Below are positions 26,958 to 36,824 of a stretch of DNA of 39,322 nt, piece by piece (position 1 is the stretch's first letter; every line of letters starts with the position of its first letter). The notes beneath the pieces are model-generated. The model was not told the DNA's origin. It did no database searches and worked only from the letters and a program-made list of their open reading frames with translations. Made by a program: the position numbers and the translations under genes. This DNA comes from a virus (lineage: Duplodnaviria; Caudoviricetes): the IMG/VR virus record IMGVR_UViG_3300012286_000411, positions 1 to 39,322 of that record; one strand, written 5' to 3'.

Positions 26958-29225
26958 ATGGGTCTTTTAATCAAATTAAAGAATGGGGACACCCAACTAA
27001 AATCACTCAAGTTTGGTAAAGACCAACCTGGTGGAGGGGATAGTAATCAACCTTTCATTCAAAAAAGTATAGACCAAGATTCAAAAAATCCTGCATTTTA
27101 CAATGATTTTATTTTACGTGGTGGGATCGAAGCTCCTTTAAGTGCTGCTGAAGATGTTGTTCGTTTAACAAAATATTTTTTTAATTTTAACAATCCTAGT
27201 GGTCTTTTATTTACGGCTAAACAGAACATTCTTTCTCGTAGCGGTACTAAAACTGAGGCTTCTAGAGGTGTAGCATATTTAGGAGGTGGATTAAACGAAG
27301 GTGCTTATACTCCATTATCTACACTAGCAGAAGCTGGTGTAGGTTTTTTAGGTATTCATCTTAATAAACAAGGTATAGATCCTACAGGACTAATTCCATC
27401 TCTTTCCATTAAAAATTATCAGGATGCAATTAAACAAAACCAATTAATTGGTCCGTTTATCCCTGAAAACAATCGACTTACTCAATTAACTAGTTTAGTT
27501 TCCCAAAGTCGATCAGAAAATAACTTTTCCTTTGTAAAAGGATATGGATTGAATGTAGGAAATTCTGTAGTTTCCTATACTGGAGGCCCTGATTCAGTAA
27601 TTGGAGTAGGAACTACATATGTAAAATTTGCTACTGATAATGCTGATGTTCCTTTAAAAACATTAACCCCTAAACCTGCGGGGTATTTAATCCAAAATAG
27701 AGATTATTACATCCCTACAGGTAGTGTTTACAAACCCGGCCAACCTTTAGTTAAAAATCCTGATAAATATTTAGGAGACGAATTTACTAGTCCTGTTTTA
27801 CTTACTACACGACAAGATATAGATGATTATTTAGTAGGAAAAACTTATAAAAGTTTCCAAGCAAACACTAAGTGGAGGGTTCCTATTGGAGCTAGTTTTG
27901 AATATAACTTTACTGATAAACCAAATTCTACTCCACCATCTACTTTTAATCTAGATGAATTTGAAAATAGTGCCACTACAACACCACCAGATCTATCAAT
28001 AGAAAATAATTTAATTAAGGGACCAGATTCATATGAATTATATGATTATGCTTCTGTTTACAAACCAGGTACCTTAATTCCTATTAATGATATAAATTCA
28101 TATTTAACAGGTTCTTACTTTACTACTACTAGATCCTCAGGAAGTGCAATATATACATCCCCTATTAATAATCTCTTACGTGCTGCCGGGATAGGAACTA
28201 CACCTGGAGTAAATGGAAGTGGAAGACAAATTGTAGTAGATCCGGTTTATAACATTGCTTTAGGTCATTTTGCAGCAATAGGTGCTAAAGATACTGGAGA
28301 CACCTCCTCAGGGGTTGTTTTAGGGCAATATTCTTCAAAAAATACGCTATTTAATGATAACAAAAATCAAGCATACACCACCTCCCCAAAAGATCATGAA
28401 GAAGGATATTTAGCAAATTTAGATAAAAATAGTGGTTACTATTATGATCCTAAAGGTAACTTAGCTTATGTACTAAATCAGTATCCTAGAGGTATAGCTC
28501 CTGATTTTAGAAAAACTTCACGTAAGATTAGAGGATTTAATGATGCCCCTGAAGGTGAATTCACCAACTATGATAAAATTACAGACTCTTCAGACTATAT
28601 TGGTGATAACGCAAAATTAGTTGACAAAATATACTATGGTTCAAATTCACAAAAACGTATTTCTGCTCCTATTTCTAGTAGTATTGATATAATTAAATTT
28701 CGTATTACCATAGTTAATCCAACATCTCCATCTGATAGTAGTAACACTCTTAACTTTAGAGCTTACATAGATGATTTTTCTGATTCTTATGGTGCTGATT
28801 GGGGTTCACAAACTTACATGGGTCGTGGAGAAAAATTCTACAAATACAATAATTTTACTCGAGATATAAGCCTTGGATTCACTATTGTAGCAGATAATGA
28901 GTCCAACCTAAACATAATGTACTCCCAGTTAAATGCATTAGCTGCTTCTATTGCCCCTACTTACACTAACGCAGGATATATGGCCGGTAATTTGCATAGG
29001 TTAACAGTTGGTGATTATCTTTATGAACAATGGGGAATTATGGGTGGATTTACTTATGAAGTTATACAAGATTCTCCATGGGAAATAACCGAAGGAAAAC
29101 AAGTTCCCATGTATATTAAAGTATCCGGGATTAAGTTTACCCCTATTCATAACTTTAGACCAGAATATAATTGGAATGAAAATAATAAATACATTCTTCA
29201 AAACGTAAAAACTAATAATAGTTAA
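26958..29225 (+). CDS. Baseplate/tail tube initiator-like protein
   Basis: 755 aa. C-terminal 'FRAYIDDFSDSYGADW....YMGRGE.FY.Y....RDISLGF...RLTVGDY' resembles tube-fold baseplate initiator domains. Located between tape measure and LysM-like genes. Confidence 0.55.
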   Translation: MGLLIKLKNGDTQLKSLKFGKDQPGGGDSNQPFIQKSIDQDSKNPAFYNDFILRGGIEAPLSAAEDVVRLTKYFFNFNNPSGLLFTAKQNILSRSGTKTEASRGVAYLGGGLNEGAYTPLSTLAEAGVGFLGIHLNKQGIDPTGLIPSLSIKNYQDAIKQNQLIGPFIPENNRLTQLTSLVSQSRSENNFSFVKGYGLNVGNSVVSYTGGPDSVIGVGTTYVKFATDNADVPLKTLTPKPAGYLIQNRDYYIPTGSVYKPGQPLVKNPDKYLGDEFTSPVLLTTRQDIDDYLVGKTYKSFQANTKWRVPIGASFEYNFTDKPNSTPPSTFNLDEFENSATTTPPDLSIENNLIKGPDSYELYDYASVYKPGTLIPINDINSYLTGSYFTTTRSSGSAIYTSPINNLLRAAGIGTTPGVNGSGRQIVVDPVYNIALGHFAAIGAKDTGDTSSGVVLGQYSSKNTLFNDNKNQAYTTSPKDHEEGYLANLDKNSGYYYDPKGNLAYVLNQYPRGIAPDFRKTSRKIRGFNDAPEGEFTNYDKITDSSDYIGDNAKLVDKIYYGSNSQKRISAPISSSIDIIKFRITIVNPTSPSDSSNTLNFRAYIDDFSDSYGADWGSQTYMGRGEKFYKYNNFTRDISLGFTIVADNESNLNIMYSQLNALAASIAPTYTNAGYMAGNLHRLTVGDYLYEQWGIMGGFTYEVIQDSPWEITEGKQVPMYIKVSGIKFTPIHNFRPEYNWNENNKYILQNVKTNNS

Positions 29226-29231
29226 AAAATA

Positions 29232-29549
29232 ATGTCTAGATACACATTTATTCCTTTTATTTCAACCCCTGAAAAACCCGAAAGAAGATACATTAATGTT
29301 AAGTATCCTTCCATCTCTCGTGACTCTCAGGACATTTATGTGTATGTTACTCAAGGTGATAGATATGACGTTTTAGCTCAAACATACTATAATGATTCTA
29401 CTTTATGGTGGATTATAGCTCGAGCTAATGCTACTGTATCATCTACTGACTCTTTATACCCTTCACCAGGAACTCAAATACGAATTCCTAGTGTTAATAG
29501 AATTTCAACTATTCTTGGTGAATATGAAGAAATAAATAGAACTTTATAA
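29232..29549 (+). CDS. LysM-like baseplate protein (gpX/gp53 type)
   Basis: 'VTQGDRYDVLAQTYYNDSTLWWIIARAN...PGTQIRIP' is the typical phage baseplate LysM-like pattern. Confidence 0.8.
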   Translation: MSRYTFIPFISTPEKPERRYINVKYPSISRDSQDIYVYVTQGDRYDVLAQTYYNDSTLWWIIARANATVSSTDSLYPSPGTQIRIPSVNRISTILGEYEEINRTL

Positions 29550-29558
29550 AAAATAGTT

Positions 29559-32102
29559 ATGCCAAATATTATAGGTGAACCATTTAAAAATTACGTTGCT
29601 AGTCAAATCAACGAAAGGCAAAAAGCCCATGGTTCAGGTACAGACGGTATACCCCGAACCCCAGAACAGATTACTTATTTAAACTCTAAAACAGCCTGGC
29701 TAAAATTAGCTTCAGGAATTAAAGTAAATGATGAGCGAGTTCAACAAGAAGGTATTAGACCTGGTTTAGCTTGGGGTCAATTAGCTAGAAACTATGTTTT
29801 ACATGGAGGTGTATCTTCATTACAAGATGGTTACCTAAAACAAAGAGGTACTTACTCAGATGCTAATAATGTTTGGGACTATATTAAAGGTACATACAAT
29901 GTCTCAGCTAGAACTACAGATAATAAAAACACAGGTGATTTTGGTTTAGCTCCTATGCCTGGTCTTATTGGAGCTGAAATAAAAAGTTTGAACCGAGGTT
30001 CAATTAAGCGTGCTGAAGTTACTATTAAATGTTATACACCTGATCAATTTCAAATTATAGATTTACTATATTTACGAATAGGGTATACTATGTTTTTAGA
30101 ATGGGGTTGGTCTCCATATTTAGATAATAGTGGAAAACTTATCTCAAACTACACCACATTGATTGAATCTGAAAATGGTTTCTTTTCTGATCAATGGAAA
30201 GATAAATCTTATGCATCTTTCCTCCCAGCAATAGAAGCATATAGGAAAGGAAAAGATGGAAACTATGATGGATTACTTTGTAAAGTAGTAAACTTTAGTT
30301 GGACTTTTGCTCAAGATGGTTCATATGATATTACTTTAAGTCTTATAAGTTTAGGAGATGTTGTAGAATCGTTAAAAACAAATATTGCACCATCAAAAGC
30401 AATGAACGAATTTATTAACCAATCTTATGCTCTTTATAACAATAAAGATTCTGAAGATACTTCAATAATTCCTTCCCCTGCGGATAATATAATTTCATCA
30501 TATCTCTTTCTTCAAAAATTATATCTTGACAAAGATAATAATCCTGAGGGGAATGGAAAAGATTCTGATGAAAGAGCAAATGTTGATAGTTGTGATGTTT
30601 ATTCTACTATAAATGGGACTAGAATTCCTTTAGCTGGACACTTTATAGTTCCTCCTAAAGATGGAGCTATTTCACTTCCTGGAGGTATTACAACTTATTC
30701 AAACGAATTTGATAGCTTAGATGATGCTAAAGCTTATGCTAAATCAACTTACCCAAACTATACCCAAGTAGATAACCTAGGAGATGTAAACACTTCAGAA
30801 AAAAATGTTTGGGCAATTGTAGGAAATGGGGATTATATAGTAGTATCAAAATCATACCCATCATTAGAAGCAACTGAAACTAACCAAAAGAAAAAAGATG
30901 TAGTTTATTTAAACTACAATGATGGAGAAAATGATAGTGATTTTATAAATGACACTGGCTTTTATATGAGATTAGGTCATTTACTTGAATTTATTCGTAA
31001 TTTTGTTCTTCCTAAAATTGATGGAACCGAACAACCTATTGTAGATATTAACTACGATACCTGGTCTAATTTAATGTATGCTGTTCCTTATCAAGTTTCT
31101 TTTGATCCTAGAGTGTGTATTGTAAATGGAGGTGAATTAATAAGTAAAAAAGATTTCTTTCCAACTCTAGCAGGATGGAAAAACACTGAAAAAGGATATG
31201 CCTGGGTTATGAACATATATGTTAGCCATAACCAAATCCTATCTAGTTTAAATAGCAACACAGATGAAAAAGGCAATATAGCCCTATTTGATTTTCTTCA
31301 GAATCTATGTGAAGCTATAAATAAAGCTATGGGTGGAGTCAATAACTTAGAAGTTATATTAGATGAAGAAATCAATACATTAAAAATAATTGACGGAAAT
31401 TATACTTCAACAAATACTAAAAAAGGTTATACATTAGAACTTTATGGATATAATCCAACTTCAAAATCTTCCAATTTTGTTAGAAATTTTACTTTAAAAA
31501 CTGAAATTACAAACGATTTTGCTACAATGGCTACTGTTGGTTCTACAGCAGGAGGTTATGTTAAGGGAACAGAAAACACAATGTTTTCTAAATGGAATAA
31601 GGGTCTTATAGACCGTTGGAAAGAAAAACTAGTTCCTGGAGATGGAGCTTCTAGAGAAAAAACAGGTGAAGTAGCTGAACCTAACGTAGAATATAAGGAA
31701 AATATTTGGAAACAAACCATATCTGCTTTTGGATATACTAAGAAAAATATTGAAAACTGGGATCCGTTTGATGGGGATTCATGTAGTTTAAGTGATGAAA
31801 TCATTGACAAAAATATAGCTATAGTAACAGAATTCTATAAATACGTTCAACCTGAAATCCAAAAAGAAGTTCCTAAATATGGTTCTCCACTTCAAGGATT
31901 TATCCCAATTAATCTCTCCATAACTATGGATGGAATCTCAGGTATAAAGATATATAACGCATTAAATGTTTCCACTAGATTTTTACCTCGTAACTATCCA
32001 GACTCATTGAAATTTATTATTAAAGGAGTTAATCATTCTTTAAAAGGTAATGATTGGGAAACAAATATTGAAACTGTAACTATTGCCCAAAACGAAGAAT
32101 AA
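29559..32102 (+). CDS. Baseplate hub protein (gp27/VgrG-like, putative)
   Basis: 847 aa after the LysM-like gene. 'PMPG', 'YLRIGYTMFLEWGW', 'GNYDG...KVVNFSW...DGSYD' and C-terminal 'LSITMDGISG...F.IKGVNH....W.T.I' fit hub-type proteins. Confidence 0.6.
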   Translation: MPNIIGEPFKNYVASQINERQKAHGSGTDGIPRTPEQITYLNSKTAWLKLASGIKVNDERVQQEGIRPGLAWGQLARNYVLHGGVSSLQDGYLKQRGTYSDANNVWDYIKGTYNVSARTTDNKNTGDFGLAPMPGLIGAEIKSLNRGSIKRAEVTIKCYTPDQFQIIDLLYLRIGYTMFLEWGWSPYLDNSGKLISNYTTLIESENGFFSDQWKDKSYASFLPAIEAYRKGKDGNYDGLLCKVVNFSWTFAQDGSYDITLSLISLGDVVESLKTNIAPSKAMNEFINQSYALYNNKDSEDTSIIPSPADNIISSYLFLQKLYLDKDNNPEGNGKDSDERANVDSCDVYSTINGTRIPLAGHFIVPPKDGAISLPGGITTYSNEFDSLDDAKAYAKSTYPNYTQVDNLGDVNTSEKNVWAIVGNGDYIVVSKSYPSLEATETNQKKKDVVYLNYNDGENDSDFINDTGFYMRLGHLLEFIRNFVLPKIDGTEQPIVDINYDTWSNLMYAVPYQVSFDPRVCIVNGGELISKKDFFPTLAGWKNTEKGYAWVMNIYVSHNQILSSLNSNTDEKGNIALFDFLQNLCEAINKAMGGVNNLEVILDEEINTLKIIDGNYTSTNTKKGYTLELYGYNPTSKSSNFVRNFTLKTEITNDFATMATVGSTAGGYVKGTENTMFSKWNKGLIDRWKEKLVPGDGASREKTGEVAEPNVEYKENIWKQTISAFGYTKKNIENWDPFDGDSCSLSDEIIDKNIAIVTEFYKYVQPEIQKEVPKYGSPLQGFIPINLSITMDGISGIKIYNALNVSTRFLPRNYPDSLKFIIKGVNHSLKGNDWETNIETVTIAQNEE

Positions 32103-32791
32103 TGAGCACAACATCGTATTCTAAAGTTTTTAATATTGTAACCAAACTTATAGGAAGTGAAGGTGAAGGCGAATATACTTCAACTTCTCCTAATAGAGGA
32201 ACCTCTACTGCTCCAACAAAATCATTTAAAGCAGTAGCAGCTAATAAAAGCCTAAAAGAAGTTCTTATTAATGCTGGATATAAAAGTGGTACTTTTGTTT
32301 TTGAATTAGCTGCTGTTATAGGAACCAAAGAAGGATACCAAAAAGGTTCTACAAACAGACCATCCCGAAATAATAACCCCGGAAACCTTACAGGAACTAG
32401 TTATAAAGATATTGATGCTGGAGTAGTATTAGAACCAGCTAACGCAAGAGGAGAAAGCCGCTTTGCAAAATTCTCTACCCCAGAACTTGGTGCTGAAGCA
32501 TTAGTTGAAAGAAAAATTAAATCTTGGGCTAGAGGTAATTACCCTGGCACTATAGTAAATGGTGCTAGTAAAAAAAGTAATGAATATCGAGAAACTTGGA
32601 ATGTCCCTGATTCTCTTAAAGGAATAGCAGGTAAGAAAGTCAATATTACTTTAGAACAATTTTTCTATATATATGCACCTCCAAGTGAAAATAATACTGA
32701 AGGGTATCTTAGTAGTGTTTTATCTACGTTAAAGAAAACATATTCTGAAATTACAAAAAATTCAAAATTAATAGATTATATTAATAAATAA
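32102..32791 (+). CDS. Lysozyme-like virion-associated cell wall hydrolase (putative)
   Basis: 'KEG', 'RNNNPGNL', 'RFAKFSTPELG..AL', 'TLEQF...YAPPSENNTEGY' form a recognisable lysozyme-like phage domain pattern. Confidence 0.7.
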   Translation: MSTTSYSKVFNIVTKLIGSEGEGEYTSTSPNRGTSTAPTKSFKAVAANKSLKEVLINAGYKSGTFVFELAAVIGTKEGYQKGSTNRPSRNNNPGNLTGTSYKDIDAGVVLEPANARGESRFAKFSTPELGAEALVERKIKSWARGNYPGTIVNGASKKSNEYRETWNVPDSLKGIAGKKVNITLEQFFYIYAPPSENNTEGYLSSVLSTLKKTYSEITKNSKLIDYINK

Positions 32792-32793
32792 TA

Positions 32794-33573
32794 ATGGCTC
32801 TTATAATTACATATAATAAAACTTTTAATATTGTAACTAGACTTATAGGTACTGAAACTGAAGGAAGCTATGTTGTATCTTCAAACAAAGGCAGCAGCTC
32901 ATCCCCTTCAACATCTACCGCCCCCAAATCTTCAGTTACAACTCAAGGATCTCAACAAAAACGAGCTGTTGAAGAATATGGACTCCCACCACAAGCAGGA
33001 GGTAAAATACCATTAGTTGAATTTTGGACATCATTTCCATTATTTTATAGTGGAACTCAAGTTAAAAATACCCAAACTGCTACTAATCAATCTAATAAAA
33101 AATTAACAGTCCAAGTAAAACTTTCTGATTTAGTATGGGATAAATCTAAAAAAGCATGGACTGACCCTGAGGGAAAATATGGAGATAAAACAACCACATA
33201 TAAAACCCCAGCAGATAAACTTATATCAACTTTTAAAGTTCATGAAAAAGAAAAATCATCTATTGAAAAATGTTATATTGATATTAAAAAGGAATATGGT
33301 TTAGAAAAAATATATGAGTTAGGATTAAATACATGTAGTGGAACTTATTGTCCTCGAAACATTAGAGGAGGAAATACTTATAGTATGCACTCATGGGGAA
33401 CCGCTATAGATATTTTAGCAGGATTAAATGGTTTAAAAACTAAAGCACCAAAAGCCCAATTTAGCAAACCAGAATATAAAAAGTTTATAGAAATAATGGA
33501 AAGTAATGGGTGGTATTCATTAGGAAAACGATACAATTTCGATTATATGCACTTTCAAACAACAAAACCATAA
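32794..33573 (+). CDS. M15-family zinc peptidase (peptidoglycan endopeptidase/carboxypeptidase-like)
   Basis: 'PRNIRGG..YSMHSWGTAIDI' (S-x-H-x6-D) and C-terminal 'DYMHFQ' provide the His/Asp/His zinc ligands of M15 peptidases. Confidence 0.85.
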   Translation: MALIITYNKTFNIVTRLIGTETEGSYVVSSNKGSSSSPSTSTAPKSSVTTQGSQQKRAVEEYGLPPQAGGKIPLVEFWTSFPLFYSGTQVKNTQTATNQSNKKLTVQVKLSDLVWDKSKKAWTDPEGKYGDKTTTYKTPADKLISTFKVHEKEKSSIEKCYIDIKKEYGLEKIYELGLNTCSGTYCPRNIRGGNTYSMHSWGTAIDILAGLNGLKTKAPKAQFSKPEYKKFIEIMESNGWYSLGKRYNFDYMHFQTTKP

Positions 33574-33575
33574 AT

Positions 33576-34208
33576 ATGCCTTACTACCCAAAATCCCAAA
33601 TAAAAGATAATTTATATACTAATGGTGATGAATTTACTACGAGTCAAAACCAAAATGAATCACCCCCAACATACACTGGATATTACTATGAACTATCTAA
33701 TGGAAAAAGATTCACTGGGAAAACCCCCCAAGATGGTCCCTCACTCCAACTATTCCCTATTCAATCTCAAGCATATGCTGAGGCTGGAAATTTTGCTCAA
33801 GAAAACCCTTCATCAATAACTTATAATTATTTTTTAGATACTACTTACTCAAACATTAAAAATACTAACTTAAATCAAGTTAGATACCTCCCTTCTTATA
33901 ACCCAACCACTCCAACACAACAAGATTATACTACAGGAGTATTTACAAGATATTTCTGCAAGAAAAATAACGAAAATATCTATATCGAAACCAATCAACA
34001 AACCTACAAAGAACTTATTGCTAAAACCCCAACCATAGCCTGGGACCTATACACCCCAGAATTGACATTATGGTACCTTACAGGTAACAAAGATACAGTA
34101 GCTAAAGCAAATAAAGGTTTAGTTGATAATATAGAACGTACTAAAAATTGGTACGGATTTTCTCAATATTTTAAAAACGACTTTTTAAAGTATTACTTGG
34201 GATCCTAA
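33576..34208 (+). CDS. Hypothetical protein (probable baseplate-associated)
   Basis: Likely start MPYYPKSQI, 2 nt after the upstream stop. Tyr-rich, last gene of the structural block. Confidence 0.65.
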   Translation: MPYYPKSQIKDNLYTNGDEFTTSQNQNESPPTYTGYYYELSNGKRFTGKTPQDGPSLQLFPIQSQAYAEAGNFAQENPSSITYNYFLDTTYSNIKNTNLNQVRYLPSYNPTTPTQQDYTTGVFTRYFCKKNNENIYIETNQQTYKELIAKTPTIAWDLYTPELTLWYLTGNKDTVAKANKGLVDNIERTKNWYGFSQYFKNDFLKYYLGS

Positions 34209-34227
34209 AAATAAGTTAGTATCTTTA
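34196..34227 (+). promoter_or_regulatory. Bacteroidota-type (-33/-7) promoter, likely leaderless
   Basis: CTTG (34196-34199), 20-nt spacer, TATCTTTA (34220-34227), ATG at 34232. Confidence 0.55.
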
Positions 34228-34231
34228 CAGC

Positions 34232-35482
34232 ATGTACTGGCTGATAGAAGATCCTAAACATATTGAATTACTCGCAAGTTTAAAACATGACGTTGCTTAT
34301 GTTGATGTAATACCCACATTTCATAACTTACACGCTGTTGAAAATGATGTGTGCGCCATTTATATTAGGCCAAAACACGATACAAAGGGATATATCATTC
34401 CAATAAAACATAGCGAAACAATAAATTCAACAGTAGAGGATTGTTTAAAAGTATTAAACAGTATTAAAAGTATTTATGTAAGGGATAGAAAAGAATTTTT
34501 ACATTATTTCCCTATAAAGCACTGTTACCAACCATCACCCTCCCCCCATACGTATATACCTCAATTAACACAAGCTCACACACAAATTTACAATAGGTAT
34601 CCGGAGATACAAAACTTAAACACAATTATTCCAATTGTAAAACATTATGAAGTGTGTGAACAAAACTTTGCAAACTACGAAAAAATAAGAATGAACCCGT
34701 TTTATAACAAAGCGGCACTCGTGTTTAATCAATTGGAACGAGCGGGTATAAAAATAGATCAAGACAAATTCGAGCAACACTATGGTAAAAAAGTAAACGA
34801 GTTTATTTACACGCAATATAACTTAAACACACTTACCACAAGACCCTCAAATACATTTAATAATATAAATTTTTCAGCCTTAAACAAAGACAATGGAGAA
34901 AGAGAATGTTTCATCCCCCGCAATGATATCTTTATTGAAATGGATATTTCTGCTTATCACCCTACCCTTCTTGCTAATTTATTGGACTACACTTTTGACA
35001 ATAGTGATATTCATGGGAGTTTTGCTACAATGTATAATGTGGATTACGCCAAGGCAAAAGAGATCACATTTAAGCAACTATATGGAGGGGTTTGGAAAGA
35101 GTATAGGGAACTACCCTTCTTTAAAAAAGTAGTAGCATATACGGACGATTTGTGGGAAACATTTAACTATGGGGGACACATTAACTGCCCAATTTCAAAT
35201 TATGAGTTCTCTCAAAAAGAACTGGAAAATATGAATCCACAAAAGTTATTAAATTACGTGTTACAAAACTTGGAGACCGCAAATAATGTTAATATATTGT
35301 ATGAAATATTTAAGATATTACGCGGGAAAAATACTAAACTCGTGCTATATGTTTACGATTCGTTTTTATTTGATTATGATAAAAGTGAAAAAGATGTAAT
35401 GCTTCAAATATTGGAAATATTTAACAAATACAATTTACAAGTAAAAACCAAAAAAGGCACAAATTACGCCAATATAAAATAA
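34232..35482 (+). CDS. Compact family A DNA polymerase-like protein
   Basis: 'LERAGIKID', 'TLTTRPS..N.INF', motif A 'FIEMDISAYHPTLL', motif B 'AKEITFKQLYG', 'NYVLQ', motif C 'LVLYVYDSFLFD'. Confidence 0.8.
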   Translation: MYWLIEDPKHIELLASLKHDVAYVDVIPTFHNLHAVENDVCAIYIRPKHDTKGYIIPIKHSETINSTVEDCLKVLNSIKSIYVRDRKEFLHYFPIKHCYQPSPSPHTYIPQLTQAHTQIYNRYPEIQNLNTIIPIVKHYEVCEQNFANYEKIRMNPFYNKAALVFNQLERAGIKIDQDKFEQHYGKKVNEFIYTQYNLNTLTTRPSNTFNNINFSALNKDNGERECFIPRNDIFIEMDISAYHPTLLANLLDYTFDNSDIHGSFATMYNVDYAKAKEITFKQLYGGVWKEYRELPFFKKVVAYTDDLWETFNYGGHINCPISNYEFSQKELENMNPQKLLNYVLQNLETANNVNILYEIFKILRGKNTKLVLYVYDSFLFDYDKSEKDVMLQILEIFNKYNLQVKTKKGTNYANIK

Positions 35483-35487
35483 AAGTT

Positions 35488-35949
35488 ATGTATAGCACTT
35501 TGGAACAACCCCGTCATATGTATAATCAATTCGACTACGATTTTACATTTGATACGTTATTAATGAACAATAGACTGTTTTGCACATTTACTTCCTTAGA
35601 TGACTTAGAGGCGTTGGTTGGAGAACTGTCAAGACGCTATTCTATCATGTATAATAAAATGTTTGTGTTGCATGTTAAAAGCAACAACGAATATGTTATT
35701 ACATATAATGTTGACCAAGGTAACGTTAACGACATTCCCGACAACACAATTCTAGTTCATAGAAAAAAGGAATCAAACACATTATACACTATAAACGCCC
35801 TAAACGAGTTAATTAAAAAGCTCAATGGTGGAGTAGTCGATACACATTTCCCAGTAAACTGGCAACACTATAGAAATTGTATATTGTTAACACAATACAA
35901 TGAAATCAAGCAACTAAATACAAAGATCTTTAAGATCGTTGAATTATGA
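35488..35949 (+). CDS. Hypothetical protein
   Basis: 153-aa ORF directly after the polymerase ('LFCTF', 'HRKKESNTLYTINALN'). Start uncertain. Confidence 0.7.
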   Translation: MYSTLEQPRHMYNQFDYDFTFDTLLMNNRLFCTFTSLDDLEALVGELSRRYSIMYNKMFVLHVKSNNEYVITYNVDQGNVNDIPDNTILVHRKKESNTLYTINALNELIKKLNGGVVDTHFPVNWQHYRNCILLTQYNEIKQLNTKIFKIVEL

Positions 35950-36824
35950 AAGAACAACTTCGTATGCAGATGTTAGCTGGTATTATCACAGAAAGTGAAT
36001 ATAAAGCTAAATTGAATGAAGATTCCTCCAATAAATTAACCCTTCACCTTTATGTCCAAAACTTCCCGGGAGATTGGAAAGGAGTAACCCTAATAGATTC
36101 CATACTATGTGCAGTAGCATACTCAAGTACGAATGATTATGTAGCTCTTAGAAAATACAATCCTATTAAGATAGATAAATTTGCAATGCATCACAGGGAC
36201 TTTTCCGAAAATGAATATGAAATTGTTACATCTTATTTGGATAAATTAAATATCCAATACAACCCAAATCTTTTTATAAAAGATGCAAGTAGTTATTCAA
36301 ATATAGAAACTATTTTTACAAAAAGCATCCCAAGTTTTGTTCCAAAAGATACAAAATTTAATCCTAAAATATTAGATTTTTTTATAAAAAGAGATAATCC
36401 TAAGCAAATTGAAGGAGACCCTATTTATGGAAATGTTTATGATTTTGGGGGTGGTGAGAACCCAATAGATGAAGATGATCCTCAATCAATTGTAGTAGAT
36501 CTTTATTTAACCCCAAACCAAAAGAAAAATCCTTCAAAATTTATAGAAGCTGATTTAAGTAAATACGTTAAACTCCCTCCTAAGGATGGTATTAATATTT
36601 TTTCCGCAGTAGCTCAAATTAATTCTCCTAATAATTTAGCTAAAACTATTAAACATGCATTGAAACCTGGAGGATTATTAGTTATTAAAGACCACGTAGG
36701 AGCAGTACAAGATCTTTTAAAATACTTAAAAGACTTTAAACTTTTAGCGTTTGGATATATTGATGTAGAAGATCCCGACGATATTACTTCATCTGATCAA
36801 ATTTTTGTAACATTGAAAAAATAG
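35946..36824 (+). CDS. Class I SAM-dependent methyltransferase-like protein with scaffold-like N-terminal tag
   Basis: C-terminal half shows 'VYDFGGG' (motif I), 'VVD', 'FIEADL' and 'ALKPGGLLVI'. N-terminus is 'MKEQLRMQMLAGIITESEYKAKLNE'. Confidence 0.6.
   Translation: MKEQLRMQMLAGIITESEYKAKLNEDSSNKLTLHLYVQNFPGDWKGVTLIDSILCAVAYSSTNDYVALRKYNPIKIDKFAMHHRDFSENEYEIVTSYLDKLNIQYNPNLFIKDASSYSNIETIFTKSIPSFVPKDTKFNPKILDFFIKRDNPKQIEGDPIYGNVYDFGGGENPIDEDDPQSIVVDLYLTPNQKKNPSKFIEADLSKYVKLPPKDGINIFSAVAQINSPNNLAKTIKHALKPGGLLVIKDHVGAVQDLLKYLKDFKLLAFGYIDVEDPDDITSSDQIFVTLKK

Noticed and set aside
16487-33573. Extracellular contractile injection system or T6SS interpretation (multiple sheaths, hub, hydrolases)
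   Set aside because: Portal, protease, scaffold, capsid and replication genes are in the same block, so this is a phage.
33510-33575. Extended N-terminus of the 33510-34208 ORF
   Set aside because: It overlaps the M15 peptidase catalytic C-terminus. The ATG at 33576 follows the stop by 2 nt and is more plausible.
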